Assembly: GCA_902773925.1 (NCBI GenBank)
Contig: CACYGI010000002.1
Span: 160,990 to 224,989, forward strand
From: an uncultured Bacteroidia bacterium
Lineage (GTDB): Bacteria; Bacteroidota; Bacteroidia; Bacteroidales; UBA932
Length of the DNA: 64,000 bases
Direction: 5' to 3'
Shown here: positions 43,510-53,871 of the stretch, in pieces
How the letters are laid out: each line of letters begins with the position of its first letter
How positions within the stretch are numbered: position 1 is the first letter of the stretch
Translations under genes and position numbers: made by a program
Notes under the pieces: generated by a model
Database searches by the model: none
Seen by the model: the letters and a program-made list of their open reading frames with translations, nothing else
What the model was told of the DNA's origin: nothing

Positions 43510-46500
43510 TACGGTAAAGCAGGCTCCGCCAAGAGTCTCGGACCGGCTGTACGACAAAGTGCCGCCGGTCTGCTCTATTATGCTGCGGCTGATGACAAGG
43601 CCCAGGCCGCTGCCGCCCGTCTTGGTCGTGAAATTGGGCGTGAAGAGCTTGACAATATTGTCCTCGGGTACGCCCGGACCGTCATCCTCGAATGTGATGC
43701 GAAGCATCCGGCGACCCTCCGCGGAGGTCTCTTCGCACAGCAGAACGCGGATACGGCCCCTGCCGCCGGCTCCTTCGATGGCCTGCACCGAATTGGTGAG
43801 CAGGTTGACAAAGACGCGCGTCATCTGCTGACGGACCAGTCGCAGGACGGTATTGCCTGCCGTGCAGCTGTAGCTGATATCGATATTCTCGCGGCCCTCG
43901 AAGAGCACCACCTGTTCGCGAAGCAGCGCATCCACATCCACCGGCCCGGCATCCTCCTGGAAGGTGCGGGCGATGGCGGAGAACTCGGAAGCCGTGTCGG
44001 AAAGCACTTCGATCTGCTCCAGAAGCGATGCTGCAAGCGGCTCGATGCGCTCCTGCCAGTCCTGTGCGCCACTCTTCTTGAGCCGGATCAGGTGCTGGAT
44101 GCTCAGGCGCATCGGGGTAAGAGGATTCTTGATCTCGTGCGCAATCTGGCGGGCCATCTCCTTCCAGGCGCGCTCACGCTCGCTCGCAGCCAGGCGGCGG
44201 GTACTCTCTTCGAGGTCATCGACCATCTTGTTGTAGGCCGAAACGAGCACGCCGATCTCATCCTTGGGATTGCGGTAGCGGATATGCTGGTTCTCGCGGC
44301 CGGCGCCGAGGGCCTGCAGGCGGTAGCGCAGCTGGTCCAGCGGCCGGAGCATCGAGTTGGACAGGAAGAGGCCGAGAATGATGGCCGCGATCAGCAGTAC
44401 CAGATAGATATTGATGATCATCGCCACGGATGACATCGCCGTCTGCTCGATGTAGTTGGAACGCGACAGGAACGGGGTGTTGATGATCGCCACCATCTCC
44501 CCGGAGCCGTTTGTCAGGGGCGCGTAGAGCGAATAGAACCTCACACCCGAGAGGCTCTCGAGAGCCGAATAGTTGAGCGCGTGCAGATGGACGATCTCTT
44601 CGAATGCATCGGCATTCATTCGCTTGCCCACCACGAAACGGTCGAAAAGCTCCGGCTTGGTGGAGCAGAGCAGCTGGCCGTGCACGTCGTACACGTGAAT
44701 CTCGCAGCCCATTATCCTCGAGAGGCTCTCCAGCGTCGAGAGGAACTGCGGCGTGCGCAGGTCGTCAAATGCAGTAGCATAGCGGCAGGCCTCCGAAAGA
44801 CCCGTCTGGAGCGAAGATATCCGCTCCTGCATCTGCCTCTGGTTTCGTTCATCGCGGATATTGCCGGTATAGAATATGGTCGCGGCGGCCAGACTTGCCA
44901 GGGCCAGCGCCATTATGCCGGTGGTCATCAAGGTTATCCTGCGTTTGAGCGAATGCGGCGGCAGGCTGAGCAGCAGTCCGCTTCGATGGCGGGCCGTCAT
45001 CAGCAGCATAAAGACCGCAAAGAAAATGAACAGGTACGAGAAGGAGATTACGAAGGTAAAGAACGGCGTGCGCGAACGCGAAATGACCGTCATCTCCGTA
45101 TCCGTCATACTATTGATGAAATGGATGAAGCGGTTCTTCTCGATGCGGATGTAACCGTTCGGATAGCCCTGCGGAATCTGGGTCGAATAGCGGTACGCAC
45201 CGTCATTCATCACGAGCATACCGTCCGAATAGCGGGCGTATGAATAGCGTGCGGGCAGGGTCGAACTGAAATCCGAGACCTGTGCGAATATGTCGAATGG
45301 ATCCTCCTTGTAGCGGGCCTTGAGCTCGAGGAACATTCGCGAGACTTCTCCGTCACTGGGCGAGAAATAGACGAACATTCCGAGGTAGGATGCGCGGCCG
45401 TCGTGATTTTTGATAAAATAGAACGACGAACCGGGCGCGATCACCGTGCCTGCGTCACGTATCAGCTCCGAGAAGAACTGGTAGCAGTTCAGAGGCTGCG
45501 AGACCGGATCGGGGGCAAGCAGGTTGCGCGGGCCGCAAACGGTGACGCTCATATCATATTTGCGGAGCATCTCGTTGGTCAGATAACGGTCCACGAGGCG
45601 GCTGCGGATTATCTCGACGGCATTGACCGAAGAGAGCATCGGGAAGAACGGATCGGCGGCTATGGATGCCTCGATCGTGCGCAGGTCGGATTCGAGACGC
45701 AGGTCGCGCTCGATGGCAAGCTTTGCCGTGCGCACGCGGTTCATCTCATATTCGCGCTCGCGCCCGAAAGCGGTCTCCGCGATCACGCAGTATGCCGAAA
45801 TCACCAGCACGTATATGAGTATGCCTCGGTATGAGAATGGCTGGCGGAGGGAATTTCGTCCGCCCATTACGCCGGAGGCCATCTGCAGCAGGCAGAGTAG
45901 CGCCAGGAAAAGCGCGGCGTAAGCCAGGTAGCACAGCAGCGTATAGATGCTCAGGTCGCCGATGCGGAACGGCTCCATCACCACCGTCGAGTTGAGAATG
46001 AGCGAGTGCAGGGTCAGGTGAATGTAAGCCACCAGAAGTGCGGCCCCAAGGCATAGCGCCACCGATATGGCTATGCGGCTGCGGCGGGAGACCTGCGAAG
46101 CCTGATTGATCCTGCCGCGCATCATGAACAGCAGTATGACCGTCAGGGCTACGAGCAGATGATTGAGCAGGAAGCTGCCGAACGAGTCAAATATCGCAAC
46201 GTCGGCATAGAGCAGCGGCGAAAACAGCTGTCCGGCCACTATCGAGTGATAGGACAGGAAAACGGCGGCCAGCCGGATGAGCACCAGGCCTGCGAAAGCA
46301 ATCCAGAAGGTACTCCAGGCGCGCCTTCGCGAGTGCATGACGAAGAGCGAAAGGACCGCGAAAAGCAGCGCGTACCACTTGATGGAGGTGCTCCAGGTAG
46401 AAAGCGCCTCCGGCGAATCGGCTACGATGGAGAACAGGGGCGCACCTTCCAGTCCATAGACTATGCCCGCGTCGTCATAATTGATGTCCACCGTCGTAAA

Positions 46501-47079
46501 TCCGGGGTCAAGATGCAGGCGCCGGTTGATCTGCGCGGGACGGTCGGCGAAAGGATGCTCCGTCTTGATGCGGATGCCCGTCACGACTTTCATATTGCGT
46601 GAGGGATTGAGCTGCATGTTGAGGATGTACCAGTCGGAGCCCAGGTTGACGTAATGCTCCCTGACGCCTATGTATGCCAGGGGCGCCGAATAGACGTTGC
46701 TGTTGCTCTGATACTGGAGGCGGTAGGTGAAGGAATATGCCTGCAGGGCGTCATTGCCGATAGGGAACTGGTGCACCCACGACTGGAGGGTATCGGCGAG
46801 ATAGCGGTATATGACTATGTCTTCGGGCAGGTCCGGCATCTTGAGCATCTCGTCCGGCGGGGTGTCGAACGCCCGCAGAACGTAGCGTTCCACGCTTTGC
46901 TGGCGGCGGTGAAGGTTGGCCTGGACGCGGCTGACCTGACGCCCGAGAAGGTAATCATATCCGGGCGTGATGAAGGACAGGCAGAAAAGCAATATGGCCA
47001 CGGAGGCCAGAGTCTCGGCGAGGTATCGCGAGATAAATTGCCAGAGGCGGCCCGGGATTGATCTGATGCTCTGCTTCAT
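43495..47079 (-). CDS. large multi-pass sensor histidine kinase (NtrY-like H-box)
   Basis: ~10 predicted TM segments in two clusters. HAMP-like linker. H-box [17 protein letters not shown]. HATPase ([22 protein letters not shown]). Confidence 0.85.
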   Translation of the reverse strand: MKQSIRSIPGRLWQFISRYLAETLASVAILLFCLSFITPGYDYLLGRQVSRVQANLHRRQQSVERYVLRAFDTPPDEMLKMPDLPEDIVIYRYLADTLQSWVHQFPIGNDALQAYSFTYRLQYQSNSNVYSAPLAYIGVREHYVNLGSDWYILNMQLNPSRNMKVVTGIRIKTEHPFADRPAQINRRLHLDPGFTTVDINYDDAGIVYGLEGAPLFSIVADSPEALSTWSTSIKWYALLFAVLSLFVMHSRRRAWSTFWIAFAGLVLIRLAAVFLSYHSIVAGQLFSPLLYADVAIFDSFGSFLLNHLLVALTVILLFMMRGRINQASQVSRRSRIAISVALCLGAALLVAYIHLTLHSLILNSTVVMEPFRIGDLSIYTLLCYLAYAALFLALLCLLQMASGVMGGRNSLRQPFSYRGILIYVLVISAYCVIAETAFGREREYEMNRVRTAKLAIERDLRLESDLRTIEASIAADPFFPMLSSVNAVEIIRSRLVDRYLTNEMLRKYDMSVTVCGPRNLLAPDPVSQPLNCYQFFSELIRDAGTVIAPGSSFYFIKNHDGRASYLGMFVYFSPSDGEVSRMFLELKARYKEDPFDIFAQVSDFSSTLPARYSYARYSDGMLVMNDGAYRYSTQIPQGYPNGYIRIEKNRFIHFINSMTDTEMTVISRSRTPFFTFVISFSYLFIFFAVFMLLMTARHRSGLLLSLPPHSLKRRITLMTTGIMALALASLAAATIFYTGNIRDERNQRQMQERISSLQTGLSEACRYATAFDDLRTPQFLSTLESLSRIMGCEIHVYDVHGQLLCSTKPELFDRFVVGKRMNADAFEEIVHLHALNYSALESLSGVRFYSLYAPLTNGSGEMVAIINTPFLSRSNYIEQTAMSSVAMIINIYLVLLIAAIILGLFLSNSMLRPLDQLRYRLQALGAGRENQHIRYRNPKDEIGVLVSAYNKMVDDLEESTRRLAASERERAWKEMARQIAHEIKNPLTPMRLSIQHLIRLKKSGAQDWQERIEPLAASLLEQIEVLSDTASEFSAIARTFQEDAGPVDVDALLREQVVLFEGRENIDISYSCTAGNTVLRLVRQQMTRVFVNLLTNSVQAIEGAGGRGRIRVLLCEETSAEGRRMLRITFEDDGPGVPEDNIVKLFTPNFTTKTGGSGLGLVISRSIIEQTGGTLSYSRSETLGGACFTVLLFA

Positions 47080-47549
47080 TCGTGATGATACGGCTCTGAG
47101 CGCATTATCGTAAAGGCCCTGTATAGCTGCTCGGTGAAGACGGCGCGCACCAACTGGTGAGACATAGTCATCGGCGAAAGCGAAAGAAGGGCGTCCGCGC
47201 GCTCATATACTTTCGGCGAAAAGCCGTAACTGCCGCCCACCACGAAGCACCGGTCGGCCCCGCTGCGGCTCATCTCCTTCTCCAAATGTCGTGCCCATTC
47301 GATCGAGGTGAACTTCGCGCCACGCTCATCAAGCAGCGTAACATGCTCGCCCTGATGCAGTTGGCGTAGGATCAACTCTCCTTCGCGCTCTTTTATCTGC
47401 TCGCGCGTGAGAGACGCCACATTCTTCAGCTCCGGAATCTCGACTACCGTAAAGGGCGCATAGTGGGAGATCCGTCCGCCGTACAACGCAACGGCAGTGC
47501 GGAGCCAGTCTTCCACCGTTTTCCCTACTACGATCAATCTCAGCCGCAT
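47076..47549 (-). CDS. rlmH: 23S rRNA (pseudouridine1915-N3)-methyltransferase
   Basis: MRLRLIVVGK..., SPOUT C-terminus LSLSPMTMSHQLVRAVFTEQLYRAF. 157 aa from the ATG at 47549. ATGA overlap with the kinase start. Confidence 0.88.
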   Translation of the reverse strand: MRLRLIVVGKTVEDWLRTAVALYGGRISHYAPFTVVEIPELKNVASLTREQIKEREGELILRQLHQGEHVTLLDERGAKFTSIEWARHLEKEMSRSGADRCFVVGGSYGFSPKVYERADALLSLSPMTMSHQLVRAVFTEQLYRAFTIMRSEPYHHE

Positions 47550-47620
47550 ACTATTGCAGGTCTTGTTATTGCAAAAATACGAAACTTTTGGCTTGATTTT
47601 TGAAAAATACCACACCTGTC

Positions 47621-48019
47621 ATGAGAAAATTTCTTTGCATTCTGATGGCCGCACTGCTGGCCATATCCGCATCACCGGCGCAGAACAAGGATCAGGATGT
47701 ATTCATCCCGATCAGTAAGTATCTGCAGGCCGGCGACCACGTGAAGCTCTCGGCCTGGTTTGCCGACAATATGGAACTGGACCTGCTTGGCAGCGTCAAC
47801 AACTGCTCACGCAACCAGGCGCGATTGATAATGAAAGATTTCTTCGATACATATACGCCCAGGCAGTTTACAATCCTGCACAAGGGCAACAACGCCCCCG
47901 CCCGCTACGCCATAGGCACGCTCGTTGACGCCGGAGGCGAAAAGTTCCGCCTCATCATTCACGTCAAGAGCATCAACGGCAAGAGCTATATCCAGCAGCT
48001 GCGGATCGAACGGGAATAA
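47621..48019 (+). CDS. small secreted protein, DUF4783-like (tentative)
   Basis: Signal peptide MRKFLCILMAALLAISASPAQ. ~130 aa; pattern ...SRNQARLIMKDFF...FRLIIHVK...IQQLRIE. Family call is from memory. Confidence 0.5.
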   Translation: MRKFLCILMAALLAISASPAQNKDQDVFIPISKYLQAGDHVKLSAWFADNMELDLLGSVNNCSRNQARLIMKDFFDTYTPRQFTILHKGNNAPARYAIGTLVDAGGEKFRLIIHVKSINGKSYIQQLRIERE

Positions 48020-48034
48020 TGATTTAACGAAAAT

Positions 48035-48067
48035 AAAAGTGCCGCCTGAACTTCGGGCGGCACTTTT
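48035..48067. terminator. bidirectional terminator between convergent genes
   Basis: 12-bp stem AAAAGTGCCGCC...GGCGGCACTTTT. Confidence 0.7.
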
Positions 48068-48901
48068 TTATTGGATCTCAAACATTCCGACGGCTATGCC
48101 TTTCGATCCGACCTGGACGATGGGGACTATCTTGCCGTCGAGGTTCTTGACTTCGACGGGATGCTCGAGGTACGTGTGGGTGTGGCCGCCGATGATGATG
48201 TCGATATCACGCGAAGCGGCCGCCATCGCCTGGTCGTCAACGGTACCCTCCACCTCCTTGTAGAGGCCGAAATGGGAAAGCAGGATGACAAGGTCGCAAT
48301 GCTTTTTGTGGCGAAGCAGGGCTGCCCACTTGTTGACCTCCTCTATGCCGTCCAGACGCTTCATACCTTCGAGAGACGAGGCGTGGACGGTGGTCTCCAG
48401 ATAAGAGGTCGTTCCGATGATACCTATCTTCATCCCGCCGCGGCGCACGATCGTGTAAGGCTTCACCTTGCGGGCCAGGCAGGTCTTGGAGAAGTCATAA
48501 TTGCACGTTACGACCTTGTATTTGGCCTTCTTGAGACGGCGCAGCAGGTCTGCCTGACCGTCATCGAACTCGTGATTGCCGAGCGTAACCACATCATATC
48601 CGAGGGCGTTGTTGAGATCGACCTCCAGGTCGCCGTGACCCAGTGTATAATACGGAGTGCCCTGGTCATAATCGCCCGCATCCAGCAGCAGGACCCGGTT
48701 CTTGCCGTACTTGGTCCGGATGCTGTTGATAAACTGGAGACGGCGCTCCACGCCGCCAAGGCCCTTGTCGTCACCGACACGGACGGTCTCTATCTGGCTG
48801 TGGGTATCATTGGTATGCAGGATGACCAGCCTCTGGGCATCCGAACTGCTTATGGCCGCGAAAAAGAACGCTACGGCCGCAAAATATCGGAGTGTTCTCA
48901 T
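48068..48901 (-). CDS. metallophosphoesterase (5'-nucleotidase N-terminal-type domain)
   Basis: ILHTNDTHS, LLLDAGDYDQGTPYY, GNHEFD, GGHTH. Confidence 0.85.
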   Translation of the reverse strand: MRTLRYFAAVAFFFAAISSSDAQRLVILHTNDTHSQIETVRVGDDKGLGGVERRLQFINSIRTKYGKNRVLLLDAGDYDQGTPYYTLGHGDLEVDLNNALGYDVVTLGNHEFDDGQADLLRRLKKAKYKVVTCNYDFSKTCLARKVKPYTIVRRGGMKIGIIGTTSYLETTVHASSLEGMKRLDGIEEVNKWAALLRHKKHCDLVILLSHFGLYKEVEGTVDDQAMAAASRDIDIIIGGHTHTYLEHPVEVKNLDGKIVPIVQVGSKGIAVGMFEIQ

Positions 48902-48903
48902 GA

Positions 48904-49650
48904 TTACTTGCTCGTTTTGATAACTTTGACACGACCGTCAGGCTGCAGATTGATGGTCTTTCCCTCCTCGTTGATGACCCGCATGCTCTCCGTGATTGCA
49001 TCCCGGATAAGGACGCCCGAACGGACGACATTGGTGGCATAGGGCTTGACGTCAATGCCGTCGCCACCGTCGAAGAGGAAGTTGATTGTCGCAAACTTGT
49101 AAATGCGCTCGGGATCGATCGGAGCGCCCGCCACCTGCAGGAAATCGATATGTCCGTCCGTGACCTTCAGCCTGACATTGCTCAGGCACTCGATCTTGCG
49201 GGCGACCATCCTCTCGAAAAAGTCCTGAAGGTCGCTGCCCTTGATATCAAAGACATAGATGTCATTGTTGAAGGGGAAAATCGAAAGTATGTCATAGATA
49301 CGGACCGCGCCCTTTGGCATACTGGTACGGATGCCGCCGAAATTGACAAGTGCCAGATCCACCGGTCCGCCGATGATCTTTTCGGCCTTCTCGCGAATCA
49401 CGTCGGCCGTAAAGTTGGACAGGCCGCTTTCGGGAGACTTGCTCTTGTACTCGTCATCCGAATAGGCGATTATCTCCTGGCTGAACTCAATCAGGGGAGC
49501 ATACTTCATAATGATCCTGGTGGCTTTGAGATCTTTAATGTCAGCCCAGGTGGAATCCATCCGGACCGCCTTCCAGGTATAGCTGATCTGTGCCGAAGCG
49601 GGGAGCGCGGCAAGGCAGAGCAAAAGGAGTAAGAGTCTGAATCGGTGCAT
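48904..49650 (-). CDS. 5'-nucleotidase C-terminal (substrate-binding) domain protein
   Basis: Signal peptide. NFGGIRTSMPKGAVRIYDILSIFPFNNDIYVFDIKGSDL, typical of the UshA C-domain. Ends 2 nt before the metallophosphoesterase start. Confidence 0.8.
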   Translation of the reverse strand: MHRFRLLLLLLCLAALPASAQISYTWKAVRMDSTWADIKDLKATRIIMKYAPLIEFSQEIIAYSDDEYKSKSPESGLSNFTADVIREKAEKIIGGPVDLALVNFGGIRTSMPKGAVRIYDILSIFPFNNDIYVFDIKGSDLQDFFERMVARKIECLSNVRLKVTDGHIDFLQVAGAPIDPERIYKFATINFLFDGGDGIDVKPYATNVVRSGVLIRDAITESMRVINEEGKTINLQPDGRVKVIKTSK

Positions 49651-49654
49651 AATA

Positions 49655-51043
49655 TCAGTTTTTCTGTTTCAGCCAGTTGGCGATTTCTTTAAATGAGGTC
49701 TTCTTGCCATAGAGGATGATGCCGGTGCGGTAGATGCGCGCCGAAACCCACGCTATGCCGATGAAGGCCAGGATGAGCAATGCGATGGAGAGCAGAAGCT
49801 GCCAGAGGGGCACGACTCCGAAAGGAACCCGCGCCAGCATCACCATCGGTGAGGTAAACGGAATGATGGAGGCCCATACCGAAAGGGCACTGCCCGGATG
49901 CTCGAAAGTATGCAGCATTATAAACAACCCTGCGATGAGCGGGACCGTCACCACGAGCTGAAGCTGCTGCGTATCCGAATCCGTATCCCCTATGGAGCCG
50001 ATGGCCGCGAAGAGCGACGCATAGAGCAGATATCCCAGCAGGAAATATGCGCAGAAACAAATGAGGATGTACCCCCAGTTCATATTGCGGATCTGTTCGA
50101 AATATTCGCCGAACATTCCCTCATCCGCATTTTGCAGCGAAGCTGCCATCTCCTCCGCGCCATCGGGATGGATGCCGGGAGCAGAAGTTGTGGAAGATGA
50201 AATATCCTGCACCAGAGCTGCCGCATCACCCATACCGGTAGCGGAAATGCCGGCTGCGGCGCTGACTCCCGTCACGACGGCAAAAGTCAGGGCGATCCAT
50301 ATCAGGAACTGCGTCAGGGCCACCATTGCCACGCCGAAAATCTTGCCCAGCATCAGGTCCGTCGCATTGACCGAAGAGACGATCACTTCCACCACGCGGC
50401 TGTTCTTCTCCTGACGGACGCTGTTCATCACCATCGCCCCGAATATGAAGACGAACATATAGATGAAGAAGCTCATCAGGTACGAGAGGGCCATATAAAT
50501 GCCCACGGAGTCCTTTTTAGTCTCTCCGTCGCGCGTAATGGTAAGGGTCTCGACCGGCACGTCGCTCTTGATCTGATCCAGGATACGGTCCAGATCCTGC
50601 AGCGAAAGGGCCGCCAGGCGACGGTCCTCGACCGCCTTGTCAACAGACCGCTTGATATTCTCGCGAAGCGTAAGGCTGAGAGGCTCCCTGGAGTATGTGA
50701 CAACCTTCACGGCGCCGGTCTCGTCAGCCGTGGAGATGCCTACGACAGCATAAATATTCTGCGACTCGAAGTCGTCGCGGATGCTCTCGAGCGTCTCGCC
50801 CGGCGAAGGGTCCAGATAGACTGCACTTTCACCGCCCTCGAGATACTGACGGACGAATCCGGACTCATCCACGACCTTGACCATCTTGACCTCGTCTCTG
50901 CCCCAGAGCTGGATCAGGATGGGGACGCAGATGAGCAGGCCTATGAGCAGCGGACTGAGAATCGTAATGAGGATGAAGGACTTCTTCTTGACACGGGTGG
51001 TGTATTCGTAACCCGCAACTATACCTATCTTTTTGAAGTTCAT
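49655..51043 (-). CDS. ABC-2 type transporter permease
   Basis: N-terminal TM, a large extracytoplasmic loop, then 5-6 C-terminal TMs. Follows an ABC ATPase. Confidence 0.8.
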   Translation of the reverse strand: MNFKKIGIVAGYEYTTRVKKKSFILITILSPLLIGLLICVPILIQLWGRDEVKMVKVVDESGFVRQYLEGGESAVYLDPSPGETLESIRDDFESQNIYAVVGISTADETGAVKVVTYSREPLSLTLRENIKRSVDKAVEDRRLAALSLQDLDRILDQIKSDVPVETLTITRDGETKKDSVGIYMALSYLMSFFIYMFVFIFGAMVMNSVRQEKNSRVVEVIVSSVNATDLMLGKIFGVAMVALTQFLIWIALTFAVVTGVSAAAGISATGMGDAAALVQDISSSTTSAPGIHPDGAEEMAASLQNADEGMFGEYFEQIRNMNWGYILICFCAYFLLGYLLYASLFAAIGSIGDTDSDTQQLQLVVTVPLIAGLFIMLHTFEHPGSALSVWASIIPFTSPMVMLARVPFGVVPLWQLLLSIALLILAFIGIAWVSARIYRTGIILYGKKTSFKEIANWLKQKN

Positions 51044-51054
51044 GGCGCGTCCTC

Positions 51055-51972
51055 CTATTTTCCGGTTACAAGACTTATGAAAATATCATTCATCCGTGGC
51101 ACCAGCTCCCGATAGGAAGCGATGTCCACCAGAGAAATCAGAGCCCCGAGCACTGCCGATGAAGAGGCACCTTCGGCCGGAGCGATGACCGAGCGGCGCA
51201 GGGAGTGGGCCTCGCCGTCGCTGACGATGGTGAAAGGCAGCGCTCCGGCGCCCTCAACGCACTGCGTAAGGGAGCTTCCGCTGCGGTAGAGGACCTCCAC
51301 GTGGGAGGTGCCGTACTTGCGGCGGATCTCGTCGGTGGCACCTGAAGCCACTACCTTTGACTTGTTGATAAGGACTATCTCATCGCAGAGCTCCTCCACG
51401 GACTCCATGTTGTGAGTGGAGAGAATAATGCTCTTGCCCTGCTCCTTGAGCCGGAGTATCTCGCCCCGGATGACCTGGGCGTTGACCGGGTCGAAACCGG
51501 AGAAAGGCTCGTCAAGAATGAGCAGATTGGGATTGTGGAGCACGGTAGTGACGAACTGAACTTTCTGGGCCATGCCCTTGGAGAGCTCTTCGACCTTCTT
51601 GTCCCACCAGGAACCGATCTCCAGGCGGGAAAACCATTCTTTGAGTGAAGCCATTGCTTCGGCGTTGCTCATTCCGCGCAGGCGGGCCAGATAGAGAGCC
51701 TGCTCCCCTACCTTCATCTTCTTGTAAAGACCGCGTTCCTCAGGCAGATAGCCGAGATGGCGGACCATCTCGTCGGTCATCGGGGTCCCGTCAAGCAGGA
51801 CCTGGCCGGAAGTGGGAACAGTGATGCGGTTGATGATTCGGATGAGGGTCGTCTTGCCGGCTCCGTTGGGACCGAGAAGACCGAGGATCCTGCCGTCGGG
51901 GACGGTCATGCTGACACCATCGATGGCGGTAAAATCGCCGAAACGCTTGGTTACTGAGTTACATTGCAACAT
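51055..51972 (-). CDS. ABC transporter ATP-binding protein
   Basis: GPNGAGKTT, LSKGMAQKVQF, LILDEPFSGFD. The ATG at 51972 is preferred because a -7 box overlaps the track start at 51993. Confidence 0.88.
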   Translation of the reverse strand: MLQCNSVTKRFGDFTAIDGVSMTVPDGRILGLLGPNGAGKTTLIRIINRITVPTSGQVLLDGTPMTDEMVRHLGYLPEERGLYKKMKVGEQALYLARLRGMSNAEAMASLKEWFSRLEIGSWWDKKVEELSKGMAQKVQFVTTVLHNPNLLILDEPFSGFDPVNAQVIRGEILRLKEQGKSIILSTHNMESVEELCDEIVLINKSKVVASGATDEIRRKYGTSHVEVLYRSGSSLTQCVEGAGALPFTIVSDGEAHSLRRSVIAPAEGASSSAVLGALISLVDIASYRELVPRMNDIFISLVTGK

Positions 51973-51990
51973 AAGCGTAAGATTTTGACA

Positions 51991-51998
51991 CAAAAATA
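51991..51998 (-). promoter_or_regulatory. -7 box for the ABC exporter operon
   Basis: caaaaata on plus equals a minus-strand TAnnTTTG. Confidence 0.4.
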
Positions 51999-52031
51999 AT
52001 CCAAAGCCGAAACATATCCAAAAAAAGCATT

Positions 52032-52091
52032 GTGGAAAACTTTTTGATTATTTGTGGAAAATTTTGGAATAAAATGTAAGAAAGTGGAAAA
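52032..52091 (+). promoter_or_regulatory. phased GTGGAAAA direct repeats; candidate MraZ operator
   Basis: GTGGAAAA at 52032, 52054 and 52084. Degenerate copies (ttggaata, atgtaaga) at 52064 and 52074 give a 10-nt phase from 52054 to 52084. Confidence 0.5.
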
Positions 52092-52098
52092 ATTTTTC

Positions 52099-52106
52099 TA
52101 CCTTTG
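52099..52106 (+). promoter_or_regulatory. -7 box (TACCTTTG) of the dcw/mra promoter
   Basis: Exact TAnnTTTG, 25 nt upstream of the mraZ ATG at 52131. Confidence 0.5.
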
Positions 52107-52130
52107 CCATCACACATCACACAACACTAT

Positions 52131-52586
52131 ATGATAGACTTCATCGGTGAATATGGCGTAAAGGTGGACGACAAGGGAAGAATCATCTTCCCGAGCGCGT
52201 TCAAGGCGCTTATGACCAGCGGTCATGAGGAGCCTGACATGCGTTTTGTCGTCAAGGCGTCGATATTTGCCGGTTGTCTCGAAATGTACACCTACTCTGA
52301 GTGGGTGGCCCGCTCGGAAGAAGTGCGCTCCCGGTTGAATTTCTTTAATCGGGAGCACGCGCTCTTCTGGAGAGAGTACATGAGAGGGACGGCCATCGTA
52401 GAGCCTTCGGGCAACCTTGGCCGCATCACGATCCCCAAGGAACTTATGTCTTTCGCAAAGATTGGCCGTGAAGCCGTTTTCCACGGGTGTAATCACATGA
52501 TCGAAATCTGGCCCAAGGACGTGTACGAGGCTCAGAAATTGAGCAGAGACGCCTACGAGGCCCTTGCCGAGAAGATACTCGGATAA
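52131..52586 (+). CDS. mraZ: division/cell wall cluster transcriptional regulator MraZ
   Basis: MIDFIGEYGVKVDDKGRIIFPSAF and a second SpoVT/AbrB-like half (GRITIPKEL). Confidence 0.9.
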   Translation: MIDFIGEYGVKVDDKGRIIFPSAFKALMTSGHEEPDMRFVVKASIFAGCLEMYTYSEWVARSEEVRSRLNFFNREHALFWREYMRGTAIVEPSGNLGRITIPKELMSFAKIGREAVFHGCNHMIEIWPKDVYEAQKLSRDAYEALAEKILG

Positions 52587-52600
52587 GAAGGAGCCGGGCG

Positions 52601-53518
52601 ATGTCAGAGTACCATACTCCCGTGCTTCTTGGAGAAAGTATCGACTTACTTGATATCCAAGAAAATGGCGTCTATGTGGACGCCACTTTCGGTGGTGGCG
52701 GGCACAGTGCCGAAATACTGCGCCGCCTCGGACCGGAAGGAATCCTTCTGGCCTTCGACAAGGATGCCGATGCTTTCGCGCACGCGCCCGCGGACGCACG
52801 CCTGCACACCGTGCGCAACAACTTCCGCTACGTCCACAACTTCGTCCGCCAGGCAGGTTACAACGAAGTGGACGGCATTATCGCCGACCTTGGCGTATCA
52901 TCACACCAGTTCGACACCCCGGAGCGCGGATTCTCGTTCCGCTTCGACGCAGAGCTGGATATGCGTATGAACGACCGGAGCGAGCTTACTGCCGTAACGG
53001 TACTCAATACCTACACCCAGGAGAACCTGGAGAAGATTTTCCGCCTCTACGGAGAGGTCGAGGGCAGCGGCCGCGCAGCAGCGCTGATCTGCCGCGCACG
53101 CGAGAACTCCCCCATCCGCACGACGGGCGATCTTCAGGAAGCCATCCGTCCCCTTCTGCCCCGCAACGCCGAGCACAAGTTCCTGGCAAAGATTTACCAG
53201 GCCCTGCGCATCGAGGTCAACGGAGAGATGCGCGACCTGGAGGGATTTCTCAAGGGTGCCGCGAAGGCGCTCCGCTGCGGCGGCGTGCTTTCGGTCATAA
53301 CCTACCATTCGCTCGAAGACCGCATCGTGAAGAATTTCTTCCGCGCCGGCAACCGCGAAGGTATCGCAGAAAAGGACCCGATGGGACGCACCGCTGTCCC
53401 GTGGTCCGTGATTACACGCAAACCCATACTTCCGACAGAGGCTGAGATATCGGCCAACACCCGTGCCCGCAGCGCAAAGCTCCGCGCAGCACGCCGAACC
53501 GGAAGTCTTACTGCATAA
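52601..53518 (+). CDS. rsmH: 16S rRNA (cytosine1402-N4)-methyltransferase
   Basis: YHTPVLL, DATFGGGGHS, DLGVSSHQFD, SYHSLEDRIVK. Confidence 0.93.
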   Translation: MSEYHTPVLLGESIDLLDIQENGVYVDATFGGGGHSAEILRRLGPEGILLAFDKDADAFAHAPADARLHTVRNNFRYVHNFVRQAGYNEVDGIIADLGVSSHQFDTPERGFSFRFDAELDMRMNDRSELTAVTVLNTYTQENLEKIFRLYGEVEGSGRAAALICRARENSPIRTTGDLQEAIRPLLPRNAEHKFLAKIYQALRIEVNGEMRDLEGFLKGAAKALRCGGVLSVITYHSLEDRIVKNFFRAGNREGIAEKDPMGRTAVPWSVITRKPILPTEAEISANTRARSAKLRAARRTGSLTA

Positions 53519-53531
53519 AGGAGCGGAAAAG

Positions 53532-53870
53532 ATGTCGAAGGGCTGGCTCAAAAAAGGTCTCACCAGATTTATCAGGTGGTTCAGCGGTGATTTCATCCTC
53601 GAGAGGAGACTTGACCGCTACATCTGGTTCTGCCTGTTCGGATTCGCGCTTTTCTGCATCATCATCACCTGGAGCCTCTACGTGGAGGGCCGTATGGTGG
53701 CTGTCGAGCGCAACGCCAAGACTATCGAATCACTCGAGATACATCTTCACCAGAAGAGCATCGAGCTCGTCTCAATCGACGAACGGAGCCGCATCGAAAA
53801 TATGCTGCAGCAATACCATTCGCCAGTCAAACCGCCTGTCAAACCGGCCGTAAGGCTCAAAACCGATTGA
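53532..53870 (+). CDS. ftsL: FtsL-like small bitopic division protein
   Basis: 112 aa, single TM (IWFCLFGFALFCIIITWSLY) then a coiled region. Lies between rsmH and ftsI. Start at the ATG at 53532. Confidence 0.65.
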   Translation: MSKGWLKKGLTRFIRWFSGDFILERRLDRYIWFCLFGFALFCIIITWSLYVEGRMVAVERNAKTIESLEIHLHQKSIELVSIDERSRIENMLQQYHSPVKPPVKPAVRLKTD

Positions 53871-53871
53871 G

